In this document: positions 45,764 to 54,855 of the stretch, in pieces
Position numbering within the stretch: position 1 is the first letter of the stretch
How the letters are laid out: every line of letters begins with the position of its first letter
From: Klebsiella phage KpLz-2_45
DNA length: 64,000 nucleotides
Sequence record: MN871446.1
Strand: one strand, 5' to 3'
The notes under the pieces: generated by a model
Told to the model about the DNA's origin: nothing
The model's input: only the letters and a program-made list of their open reading frames with translations
Database searches by the model: none
Made by a program: the position numbers and the translations under genes

Positions 45764-47065
45764 ATGTTGAATGTGTATAGTTTTGTAACTATTAAAAATT
45801 TTATCAATAACGCAGTGGGACAGACTGCAAAAGTAGGTGAACTTACCACCCACGGTGAAACCTACAGCACAGACGTAGGGACATATTCTGTTGCCGATTA
45901 CACCGATGTCATTTTAAAGACGCTGTCTGTCACCCGCGACGGTACCAAAAGTAATCTAGGGTTGACTTACTACACGCAGATCCTGGAAGTCTCACAGTGG
46001 CTCTATCAGCGAAGCATTAATGGTCTGATCACCACAGACACCGCCGCACTACTTCAGAACCTGAACGCGCAGTTTTCGGATTACCTCACTGTAAAATCAG
46101 TTGGGGCAATTGTCAACAATGGATCATATAATTTTCCTTCTAATCTCCAAATGTCCTTTAGTAACTCTGGGGAAGAGAACGAACTGTTTGTCTGGTACGC
46201 GATCGATAATTTCCTGGTGGAATATCCGCTTTATGAACTTAGCGTCGTAATGCCGTTTGATGACATTGATCTGTTGGTTGGTGATTCTGACGCTGCGGTG
46301 GCGGCGATCAAAGCTATTACCCCGGTGAGTAACACCGCACGCATCACGAACGCTATCGGTCAGAACCCGCAGACGGATATCTGGACCGGCTACTTTACGT
46401 GGGTGGCAAAAGATAACGACGAAGTCACGTTGCAAATTCCGATCAACGTCGTGATCTACGGGTCTGCCGGTAAGAACCTTGATTACATCAAAAACGCGAT
46501 TCGTGAACATATCCTAGGGAACAGCACGGCAGGTACTGACACGTGGGAGATTGTATTACCAGATCTCTTTACACCGACTGAATATTACGTGGTGCCGGTT
46601 TGGGACAGAATCTCTCTCCCTAATCAGCTGGATACTACCGCGCTCTATTCCCCGGTGTTACCGTATAAGGATTTCCTGACTTATACCGATAAGTACATGG
46701 CGGACTATGAACAACAGCATGTCATTGACGCTGGGGAAATTGCGTTTAACACGTATCAGAACCTTCAGCTCTTGGTTTGTGGTCACGTAAGGAACTATAA
46801 CGTTTCCTACGTCTTCTCCGAACTCTGGCCGCGCTATGCAGCAATCGCACCAACCAGCTCTGAATTCGGTAAGATTCCAGAAGCGACCCGAAACTTCATT
46901 ATCAACTTGATTGCGCTTCTGAAGATTGCAGAAACGGCAACGGCTACTTCTATCCTGCCGACAGGATACACTCGTGCCACGCGTAACGGGGTGGTTTACA
47001 TCACCATGACGGTCAATACCGTTCAGTATCTGGTTCCGGTGAAAAACGGTTTCAGTAAGGATTAA
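45764..47065 (+). CDS. Hypothetical protein (433 aa), possibly structural
   Basis: ORF only. Confidence 0.5.
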   Translation: MLNVYSFVTIKNFINNAVGQTAKVGELTTHGETYSTDVGTYSVADYTDVILKTLSVTRDGTKSNLGLTYYTQILEVSQWLYQRSINGLITTDTAALLQNLNAQFSDYLTVKSVGAIVNNGSYNFPSNLQMSFSNSGEENELFVWYAIDNFLVEYPLYELSVVMPFDDIDLLVGDSDAAVAAIKAITPVSNTARITNAIGQNPQTDIWTGYFTWVAKDNDEVTLQIPINVVIYGSAGKNLDYIKNAIREHILGNSTAGTDTWEIVLPDLFTPTEYYVVPVWDRISLPNQLDTTALYSPVLPYKDFLTYTDKYMADYEQQHVIDAGEIAFNTYQNLQLLVCGHVRNYNVSYVFSELWPRYAAIAPTSSEFGKIPEATRNFIINLIALLKIAETATATSILPTGYTRATRNGVVYITMTVNTVQYLVPVKNGFSKD

Positions 47066-47070
47066 AACGA

Positions 47071-47670
47071 ATGGCTAAGACACGTAACACCCCTGCCTTA
47101 GGGTTGAAAGGGAAATGGTCATTAATACAACCGTGGACCGCCAGCCAGTCGTTAATTTATCAATGTACCGCTATTCGTTTCTTTACCGAGATGGTAGCGG
47201 AAGGGATTGATATCTTTAACGTCTACTATTCTCCTAAGGGCCTCACGGAGTCTGACTATAACGCAGACCTGTCTGCTGGCGCGGCGATGTGTGTACTGTA
47301 TTCGTCCTCTGGTAGTGTCATTACGGTTCCCGATACCTACATTGAAACTTTCCCGGGGATCGGGATGTCGAACTGGGGGCAGGTGATCCTCTCTGCGTCT
47401 TTGGGTCCGATGCGTTTAGACCTCGATTACTCGTTCTTGAAAGAACAGATGGGCAACTTGATCTCTGACACGATCGGCGTTGTTCCTGAGATCTACGTAG
47501 ATCAACTGGCCACAATTGAAGCGATCAGTACGGAAGAGGCAGACGCGATCGAAGCAGCGAGACTGTCAGCTATCACCAATCGCACGTCGACCTACGCGCA
47601 GAACTTGGCGCTACAAAAAGAGAACGCTGAGTTACGTATCAAGATTCAGGCGTTATTGGCAGCAAAATAA
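47071..47670 (+). CDS. Hypothetical protein (199 aa) with a C-terminal coiled-coil-like region
   Basis: 5-nt gap after the previous gene. Heptad-like C-terminus (QNLALQKENAELRIKIQALL). Confidence 0.5.
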   Translation: MAKTRNTPALGLKGKWSLIQPWTASQSLIYQCTAIRFFTEMVAEGIDIFNVYYSPKGLTESDYNADLSAGAAMCVLYSSSGSVITVPDTYIETFPGIGMSNWGQVILSASLGPMRLDLDYSFLKEQMGNLISDTIGVVPEIYVDQLATIEAISTEEADAIEAARLSAITNRTSTYAQNLALQKENAELRIKIQALLAAK

Positions 47671-47688
47671 AAAAAAGAAGCATAGAGA

Positions 47689-47718
47689 CTCTCTCCTCCG
47701 CAGAAGCGGAGGAGAGAG
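47689..47718. terminator. Bidirectional terminator ctctcctccgc-agaa-gcggaggagag
   Basis: 11-bp perfect stem, extendable to about 14 bp with one mismatch. Confidence 0.7.
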
Positions 47719-47740
47719 CTTATGTTCCTAATACGCAGAA

Positions 47741-47995
47741 TTACTCTGCGTCAGGCGCTTCGTCGGTGGACGGGCGATAGAGTTCGTTCAGCACTTCGGT
47801 TGCCGGGTAGAACTCTTCTTCTACCCAACCGTCGTCAGAGGCTTTTGCAGCCATGACGCTTTTACCCTGGTCAAGTGAAGACTTAACCCAGGTCAGCGAA
47901 TCGACTGCCATGTCAATGACCGTTTCAGCAGAGACGGTATCGGTGGTCAGCGCATTGATCTTTTCAGCGGTAGTTTCGTTCAGAGTTACTTTCAT
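47741..47995 (-). CDS. Small acidic protein (84 aa)
   Basis: AGGAAA RBS; pI clearly acidic (DDGWVEEEF, DEAPDAE). Confidence 0.45.
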   Translation of the reverse strand: MKVTLNETTAEKINALTTDTVSAETVIDMAVDSLTWVKSSLDQGKSVMAAKASDDGWVEEEFYPATEVLNELYRPSTDEAPDAE

Positions 47996-48094
47996 GTTCA
48001 GTTTCCTGTATACGTGTTAATAGTCACATGTGTGTTATGGTTTGTTCAAAAGATAACCGAGCGGTTTAAAACTTGAAATTGACGGAGGGGATAA

Positions 48095-48334
48095 TTAAGC
48101 CTGCGATAGTAACGGCTGATTCATCAGCATTTTCAGACGAGTGATTTCCGCTAAGAGTTGTTCTTCTTTCACGGTTGTCTCGACTTCACGTACGACAACC
48201 TTATAGCCGTTATCCGCTAAGACGAGAGACTCTCTCTTCAACTTGATGATCTCTTCCGGCTTTCGGTTCGCCTTCAATTCAACGAGTTGACGTTTCAGCT
48301 CTCTGCGCTTCCTCATTAATTCAAAGTAGTCCAT
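48095..48334 (-). CDS. Small coiled-coil protein (79 aa)
   Basis: ORF only. Confidence 0.4.
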   Translation of the reverse strand: MDYFELMRKRRELKRQLVELKANRKPEEIIKLKRESLVLADNGYKVVVREVETTVKEEQLLAEITRLKMLMNQPLLSQA

Positions 48335-48335
48335 G

Positions 48336-48659
48336 TTAACCTCTTTGGTTCTCGTCAGGGGAATCGCCTATAACCGTATTCAGATCGCTCTCAAAGAGCG
48401 TTTCGTTCCCAATGTAGATTGGGAAGGGATTAGGCTGTTCGAGCTTCTCCGTGAGGTTGACGAGCTCTGGGATAATCATCGGCGTATACCCCAGGAACTT
48501 AACGACTTTCTTCGCCGCTAAGGTCTTAACGGTCTCGTCGTAACCTCTGACTTCCGCACGAATGACCTGGATATAAGGTAGATTTTCAGCGGCGCGACTT
48601 TCACGCGTTCTTTCTAACGCCAGCAGGATTTCTCCGGCTTCAGATTCCTTAAAGCGCAT
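48336..48659 (-). CDS. Small hypothetical protein (~107 aa)
   Basis: The internal Met (MRFKESEAGE) minimises overlap with the upstream gene; the start is uncertain. Confidence 0.3.
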   Translation of the reverse strand: MRFKESEAGEILLALERTRESRAAENLPYIQVIRAEVRGYDETVKTLAAKKVVKFLGYTPMIIPELVNLTEKLEQPNPFPIYIGNETLFESDLNTVIGDSPDENQRG

Positions 48660-49293
48660 AGCGGTTATCTCGCGTGATTTGACTGAAGTTACCGATAACC
48701 CGGCCCGGTACAAACATGGCTTCTTTTGCGGTCTCACGCAGCAGAATGCTGAGGATCGTCATGACCTCATACATCTGACTGAGTGTGGTCGAGGTATGAC
48801 AGGTAAAGATCAGATTGACCGTTTCTGCCGGGAGATCGTTTTCCGCCAACATCTGACGGAACTGGTCTTCAAACTCGGTTACGTCCTTTTTATTCTTCAC
48901 GAAATAATAGACGTTCTGAGAGAAGACCTGCGCCTGGCGAATTTCAATGCGCAAATCTGAAATTTCAGGCAGCGTTTTAACGACCGTCTGACGGAGCTTT
49001 TCGTAACCCGCATTGAAATCAATGACCGGGAAGAATTGCTCGTCGACATTGGCGACGTTGTCTTCGAAACATTGCGCGATGTTGTTGACGGCTACCTGGA
49101 ACGGTGCAGAATGAAGGATGTCAGTGAGTCGGGCATCGGAAAAACCCGAGTAGTTATTGTCGACCAGATCATCGTCACCTAACGCTGCGGTACGAATGAA
49201 CACGGTCTGATGTTGGATCGCAATTTCACCGGTACGTGTCGGCTTCCCGTAACTGGTTAAACGGTCTGTCATTTTCGAAATGTTTTGCATGAT
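48649..49293 (-). CDS. Hypothetical protein (~214 aa) immediately downstream of the Rad50-like ATPase
   Basis: GGAG-N8-ATG gives MQNISKMTDRL.... No metallophosphatase (D.H/GD..D/GNHE) motifs seen. Confidence 0.45.
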   Translation of the reverse strand: MMQNISKMTDRLTSYGKPTRTGEIAIQHQTVFIRTAALGDDDLVDNNYSGFSDARLTDILHSAPFQVAVNNIAQCFEDNVANVDEQFFPVIDFNAGYEKLRQTVVKTLPEISDLRIEIRQAQVFSQNVYYFVKNKKDVTEFEDQFRQMLAENDLPAETVNLIFTCHTSTTLSQMYEVMTILSILLRETAKEAMFVPGRVIGNFSQITRDNRYAL

Positions 49294-49372
49294 TGCAACT
49301 CCTTTAGTTGGGGTAATTACACTAGAGTGATATATGCATAAAGCGGACTGGAAAAGACCAGTCCGTTTATGT

Positions 49373-51844
49373 TCAGTAAAATTCAGCCACGGTGTTGACA
49401 CCGTCTTTAGGGTGACGGAAATCAAAGTCAATGATGTCCGAGAAAGGCAAAGCGCCATGCGATACTGCGTGATGCGAAATCAAGAACACCTGTGAGAATC
49501 GCCCGTTCTCAACACCGCGTGTAATGAACTGCATCAGTCTCGCTTTGTGCTCAGGCGAAAGAGGGCGGTCGACTTCGTCTAAACAGAGTGGGACATTGTT
49601 CAGGTTCAGGTAGAGCATCGCTGTGATCTGAAACGCGAAATCAATGATCTTCTGTTGACCGTCTGACCCAGTCCGCATATCCGGTACAATGTAATCGTCG
49701 GAGTCATGGAGACGTAACGGGAACTCGTACGACAGATCACTGTCGTTTGGCTTCCCAATTAACAGTTCCATCGAATGCGTCCAGATATCCGCAATGACTT
49801 CGTTGACCTGACCGATAAAGACTTTGATAAATTCGTTCATCTGCTCGGCCACTGCCCCTGACTTTGGTGACAGTGTCCCAACCAACAGACGGTAACAATC
49901 CACTTTCTCTTTTTGTTTCTCCAGTTGTTTCCGGGTATCGTTAATCTGGTCTTCCAGTGTCTTGGCATCATTAAGGGTTTTGGTCAATGTGCCAATATGA
50001 CCCTGTAAGTCCTGAATGAGCAGTAAACGGGTTTCGTTGAACAAGTATTGAATACCACTGACAGTATCCTTGACCAGTTTTTCGTAGTTACCCGTGACTG
50101 CCTCGACAGCGTTGGTATATTGGTCAGCCAGATTCAACCCTCTTTCGTAGAGTTTTCCTTCCTCTTTAGAACGCGCTAATTCGCTATAGATGTCCTCCAG
50201 CGTCTCTTTGACTTTGACGAAACGTACTCTGACTCCATCAATCCCGGTGACGACGTTCTCTTGTAATTGCGAAAGCACTAATTGCGCTTCTCGTAATTTA
50301 TTTTTTGCCCGATATACCTCAAGGTGTTTTTCCAGGTCTTCTTTGAGTAACAACATCACCTGGACGGCTCGTAACGGTTCGTCTTTTAACGTGACTTGTT
50401 TATCCAATTGAGCAAAAAGACCTTTGGCGGCAGGGGCTTGGTTCCGCAGTCCTATCAAATTACGGTACTGGGACAACCACTGTTCAACCTCTTCAATGTT
50501 CCGTTGGTTTTCGGCAATGGCCTTTTCACCCTGTATCATGCTCTCCTTGAGTTCCTCTGCCTGCTTAGTTAACCGCGGGCGTGAGTCCGAAGATACTCCA
50601 GGGATAAACTGAAAACGACATTGTGGACACTGAACTTCTTTCCCTTGATTGATGTGGTCAATCTGCTCTAACGTTTGCGCGTACTTAGCAGAGAGGCTAT
50701 TGTAATGCTCCTGGAAACGCTGGCGGTTATTCAAGAGTATTTCGTAGCCTTGTCGAGTAAACCGTCCTTCTGGGTCAGGTTGAATTTCCGTCAGGGTTTT
50801 TGACCACTCCGGGAAGATCATGGCGAGTTGTTCTAACGCCATTTCCAGAGTGGTCTCTTCGATGGCCATTTCTGGGGCGTAGAGCTTTTCCAGTGACGCC
50901 TGTTGAAACTGCCGATCCCAATGATTCACTTCGTTACGCAACCGTGCTAAGTTTTCTTCACTGGCATCGGCATTCCGTTTTAGTATCAGTTCCAGTTCGT
51001 CATATTCTTCCTGTAATGCCTTCTTACGCGTTTCTAAACCAAAGACATACTCTTTTAGCTTATTTATCTTTTCAAGCCATAGAGAGCGATTGGTGGCGTT
51101 TAACGGGGTATCTGGTAATTGTTTTAAGGTTTCTTTTATTTGTTGGGGCAATTGTTGCCACTGGTACTGGATTCCGGCGGAGTCTTGACTGCGGTTTTGC
51201 TCCTCATTGTAATCCTTTAATACCTCAGTAACGATACTTTGGTATTCCGTCAGACGAGCGGTAAGAGTGGTTCTCTCGTCGTCAGACATTCGTTGGGTTT
51301 CTTTTTCTGCTAACGACTCCTCTAGCGCATTAACTGCGCCGATAGAGTGTGACAGTTTCTTTCTGGCTTTACCGAATAATGAGTTAGCGAACGACATATC
51401 GGAATCGGCCAAGGCAGTTAATACTTCCTGGCGTTTTGCCGCGCCGGCACCAGAGAATGAGAACTGCCCTGCCTGGATCATCGCGGAGAGTTTATCAACC
51501 GCCAGATATTTCTGCACCAGATCTTTTTGAACGGTAGAAGTTCCGCCGTCGTTTAGGTTTTCCCCGTTCAACCAAAACTCGTGTTTAACATCACTGCCGA
51601 CAATGGTTTTCGTTTCAATTAACCCGTGATCAGTTTCTAACAAAAGGCGAGAGAAACCATTTTTATCGAACATGTTAGACGCAGAAGGGAAAGCCGTGAT
51701 TTCGTCTAAGAGTGCAGATTTCCCAAAACCGTTGGGGCCGATGATAATTTGATAAGGACTTTTTGGTTTGTAAAGGATACGCTCAATCAACCCGGATCGC
51801 AGGCGCTTGTTATGAGAAATTTCGGTTTCAATCACTTTGATCAT
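49373..51844 (-). CDS. Rad50/SbcC-like ABC ATPase with long coiled coil and CxxC zinc hook (823 aa)
   Basis: Walker A IIIGPNGFGKS near the N-terminus. Heptad-rich middle with a central VQCPQCRFQF hook. C-terminal signature-like GSDGQQK, Walker B/D-loop LCLDEVD and H-loop FLISHH. Confidence 0.65.
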   Translation of the reverse strand: MIKVIETEISHNKRLRSGLIERILYKPKSPYQIIIGPNGFGKSALLDEITAFPSASNMFDKNGFSRLLLETDHGLIETKTIVGSDVKHEFWLNGENLNDGGTSTVQKDLVQKYLAVDKLSAMIQAGQFSFSGAGAAKRQEVLTALADSDMSFANSLFGKARKKLSHSIGAVNALEESLAEKETQRMSDDERTTLTARLTEYQSIVTEVLKDYNEEQNRSQDSAGIQYQWQQLPQQIKETLKQLPDTPLNATNRSLWLEKINKLKEYVFGLETRKKALQEEYDELELILKRNADASEENLARLRNEVNHWDRQFQQASLEKLYAPEMAIEETTLEMALEQLAMIFPEWSKTLTEIQPDPEGRFTRQGYEILLNNRQRFQEHYNSLSAKYAQTLEQIDHINQGKEVQCPQCRFQFIPGVSSDSRPRLTKQAEELKESMIQGEKAIAENQRNIEEVEQWLSQYRNLIGLRNQAPAAKGLFAQLDKQVTLKDEPLRAVQVMLLLKEDLEKHLEVYRAKNKLREAQLVLSQLQENVVTGIDGVRVRFVKVKETLEDIYSELARSKEEGKLYERGLNLADQYTNAVEAVTGNYEKLVKDTVSGIQYLFNETRLLLIQDLQGHIGTLTKTLNDAKTLEDQINDTRKQLEKQKEKVDCYRLLVGTLSPKSGAVAEQMNEFIKVFIGQVNEVIADIWTHSMELLIGKPNDSDLSYEFPLRLHDSDDYIVPDMRTGSDGQQKIIDFAFQITAMLYLNLNNVPLCLDEVDRPLSPEHKARLMQFITRGVENGRFSQVFLISHHAVSHGALPFSDIIDFDFRHPKDGVNTVAEFY

Positions 51845-51915
51845 TTATTCGTACCGTAACAAAAAGTGGACTCTATTACAATAGCCGGAAAAGTGAAAAA
51901 TAATAAGGGGACTTA

Positions 51916-52905
51916 ATGAACAACCACGATATCGTCGAGAGGACGTTTGGCATCGTTGCCGAGAATAAACCCCTAGGACAAAACAACATTTTAGTCTGGG
52001 CTCACCAGAAGACACCGTGGATGCAAGGGGACGTACAAAGCCAGTTACAGAAACTTACTGTTGAGAGCGTCGATGCTTCGGGGAAAAAGATTGAAGCTAC
52101 TGCGGTGACCGACACCGCGATCGAAGCTCAGTGGCGACCAGTGGACAGCAGTTGGAGTACTGCCCCTGATGTTCAGCGTGGCGAGGTAGTAGAACTGATT
52201 CGTTACGCAGACATGAATACCTACTACTGGCGTGAGCGCGGTGACGGTGCGGTTGCCAGACGACTCGAAACCAAACGGCTGTTGGTCTCTGCGAATCGAG
52301 AAGCGGGTATCCCTAGTCCTGACACCCATTACATGATTGAAATCTCCGGCCATACCGGCGCGATCAATATTACCACCTCAAAAGCCAATGGCGAGATCAG
52401 TAAGTACCATATCACTTTGAATGGGGCGGGAGGTGCGATTAGCCTTGGCGACGATGAAGGGAATGAGTTTTATCTCGAGACCAAAGAGAAGCTTATTCGT
52501 ACCCGAAACAGTTCGGGATCAATGGTGGAAATGAGCGACAAGAAAATTGGCGTCTTTTGCTTAGAGGATTTGATTCTGGTTGGTAAAGAAAAAATCATCA
52601 TGCAAGCGGAAAATATTCTGATTGAAGCGACGGAGAATTTGGAAGTAGAGGCAGGAAAAAGGATCGCGTTGACTGCCGGGGAGCGGTTTGATACAACCGC
52701 GCCGATTATTGCCTTAAACGGCGCTATCCAATTAAACGGACCGATCAGTCAAGAAACGACAGACAGTAACTACGATGCAACGTTGAAAGGTACTGTGACC
52801 ACCACCGTGGACGTTATTGCCGCGGGCGTGAGTCTGGTTAAACACCCGCACAAAGGCGTGGAAAGAGGTAACGACGAATCGGGATCACCGGTACCAACAG
52901 CATAA
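51916..52905 (+). CDS. Baseplate central spike (gpV/gp5-like) with a beta-helix and a His-rich apex
   Basis: Repetitive VxV beta-helix segments (ILIEATENLEVEAGKRIALTAGERFDTTAPIIALNGAIQLNGPI). The C-terminal VKHPHKGVERG resembles the HxH iron-binding tip of P2 gpV-type spikes. Confidence 0.55.
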   Translation: MNNHDIVERTFGIVAENKPLGQNNILVWAHQKTPWMQGDVQSQLQKLTVESVDASGKKIEATAVTDTAIEAQWRPVDSSWSTAPDVQRGEVVELIRYADMNTYYWRERGDGAVARRLETKRLLVSANREAGIPSPDTHYMIEISGHTGAINITTSKANGEISKYHITLNGAGGAISLGDDEGNEFYLETKEKLIRTRNSSGSMVEMSDKKIGVFCLEDLILVGKEKIIMQAENILIEATENLEVEAGKRIALTAGERFDTTAPIIALNGAIQLNGPISQETTDSNYDATLKGTVTTTVDVIAAGVSLVKHPHKGVERGNDESGSPVPTA

Positions 52906-52909
52906 AAGG

Positions 52910-52937
52910 AGACTGGAGGACGAAAGTCCTCCAGTCT
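52910..52937. terminator. Bidirectional terminator agactggagga-cgaaag-tcctccagtct
   Basis: 11-bp perfect stem between convergent genes. Confidence 0.7.
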
Positions 52938-52943
52938 GTGATG

Positions 52944-53474
52944 TCAACCGTAAATCACATCCACTAATGTAATATTACGCAAGTTCTTTCCGTCACCTTT
53001 GTCAGATCCACCGCCGTATGCCCAGACTGTGATTCTTTCACCGGCCGCGAATGAACACGGTAAAACAGGGGAACGTTTTACCCCGGAACCCGACGGGGCA
53101 TCCCAGGACCAATCACCCGGTCGAGTTTGGTTCGCACCGTATTTACCTCCAGAACCGTGCCATCCGCCCTGGTTACCATCGAGGGTAATGTCGATGACCA
53201 CGCCCACGACTCGCTTCGCTGTCGGGAGATCCCAATACGTGGAGTAAACCGAGTTACCCCAAAGAACCCCGCCGATAGAACCGCTTCGTCCACCTTCGTG
53301 CGTGCTGTTCCAGAAACTCTGCGGAAGATCGATCTTATCCCACAGTGGTTGCCACACACCGCCATTAACTACCCAGGCATTATCAACACGATGCCAACTT
53401 CCGCCGTTAACGATCCACGGAAGATCAACACCACGCCAGCCGCCACCATTGACTAATCTAGGGTAACTACGCAT
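52944..53474 (-). CDS. Gly/Trp-rich protein with VNGGxW repeats (176 aa), putative tail-fibre distal adhesin/tip
   Basis: LVNGGGWRGVD / IVNGGSWHRVD / VVNGGVWQPLWD repeats. It is the last gene of the fibre operon, in the gp38-like position. Confidence 0.4.
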   Translation of the reverse strand: MRSYPRLVNGGGWRGVDLPWIVNGGSWHRVDNAWVVNGGVWQPLWDKIDLPQSFWNSTHEGGRSGSIGGVLWGNSVYSTYWDLPTAKRVVGVVIDITLDGNQGGWHGSGGKYGANQTRPGDWSWDAPSGSGVKRSPVLPCSFAAGERITVWAYGGGSDKGDGKNLRNITLVDVIYG

Positions 53475-53487
53475 TTACTCTACTCCC

Positions 53488-54843
53488 TTAGAAAAGTTTA
53501 TACCAGATGTGGCCTTCGCGGTAACCCGATGTACTACCAGGCGGGGTGCTGTAAGAGAACGTACGGTAACCGTCTGTGTAACGTCGAATACTGTACGGCG
53601 TAGCGAAGACGCTCCCGGCATTACCATCATAGTTTTCCTGATCGGTAGCTTCTCGCCAGTTTGGGACACTTCCTAAACCCACTTGCGCTTTAGTAACGCT
53701 GTGGGGGTTAGACTTATTATTCGCGTGCGAGGCAATATTCGGGTCCGGCTGATTCGTGGTGTGTACGCGACCCATCGAGGTGTTGTCAACCTGCGCCAGA
53801 ATTTGCGTGCCATCCCACCCAATACGAATCGTGTTGGTTAACATGTTCGTGCCACCACCACGAATTACCTGCGCGTTATTCGTCACGTTACCTAACCCGA
53901 CTTGGGCGGCAGTGGTGTTATGCGGGTTACTGGTGTTTTGTACGTGGCTCGTTATGGTTGGAGTGACGTTGGTCGCAATGTACTTAGTGATCTGTTGGAT
54001 CCCGCGTAAAGGGGTCATAATCACGTTCAGTGCTGTGCCAGCTTCCGCCTCATCCTGCGTCGCGGGACGATAGTTCTCAACTGCCCCCAGCCCCACTTGT
54101 GCCTTGGTAACTTTATGGGGATTGCTAACATCGTCGATATGCGTGGTCAAATTCGTTTGAACACCATTGATGCTGTTAATCACCCCGTCAATCCGATTAT
54201 CTAAACGCTCAATTTCTGCGTAAAGATCTGTATCGGTCTGGTGCAGGGCATCGAGATTATCGTCGAGGTACGCTTTGATACGGTCGATGTAGTTGTAAAG
54301 AACATCATGCGAAGAAACGTCACCGGTATAGGCCGCCTGAACCAATTCTTCTAAGGCCAACACCACGTACTCAAGACCGTAAAGGTCAGTCGCGGAGTGA
54401 AGGTGTTTAGACGGGTTAAACTCAATCGGTTTACCGAGAATGGCGTCCCACGTCACCGCACGGTTGTCCTGCTGTAGATCAGAGATCAACTGAACAAGGA
54501 CATCGCGGGCAGTGGTGTAGGGACCCCCTACACATTGGTAAGTCAGATAGACTGCGGTCACGTTAGCGTTGAGAATCTGTACGATCGTACAAATAGGTTT
54601 ACCGATTTCCAATTCCGCTTCTTGATACGGATAAAGGATTTTATAATCGGTATTCAGGGTCAACACTGCGCCCGTGGCCTGATCGACCACAACCATGCTC
54701 TTGGTAAAGAATGCGCCAGCGTAAGGCGCAATGGCGCGATAAACTTCGCGCCCTACCGTACGTGCCTCGTTGATAATTTTATTACTCGCTGCGGCGCCTG
54801 TCCGATCAAGCGGGTATTTCAAAGCTGCCGTACTTACTGTCAT
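53488..54843 (-). CDS. Tail fibre protein with T4 gp12/gp34-like repeats (451 aa)
   Basis: Three copies of SNPH(K/N/S)VT(K/A)AQVGLG(A/N/S)V.N. This is the HxH-containing fibre repeat known from T4 short and long tail fibres. Confidence 0.65.
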   Translation of the reverse strand: MTVSTAALKYPLDRTGAAASNKIINEARTVGREVYRAIAPYAGAFFTKSMVVVDQATGAVLTLNTDYKILYPYQEAELEIGKPICTIVQILNANVTAVYLTYQCVGGPYTTARDVLVQLISDLQQDNRAVTWDAILGKPIEFNPSKHLHSATDLYGLEYVVLALEELVQAAYTGDVSSHDVLYNYIDRIKAYLDDNLDALHQTDTDLYAEIERLDNRIDGVINSINGVQTNLTTHIDDVSNPHKVTKAQVGLGAVENYRPATQDEAEAGTALNVIMTPLRGIQQITKYIATNVTPTITSHVQNTSNPHNTTAAQVGLGNVTNNAQVIRGGGTNMLTNTIRIGWDGTQILAQVDNTSMGRVHTTNQPDPNIASHANNKSNPHSVTKAQVGLGSVPNWREATDQENYDGNAGSVFATPYSIRRYTDGYRTFSYSTPPGSTSGYREGHIWYKLF

Positions 54844-54855
54844 TTTAAACCTCGC

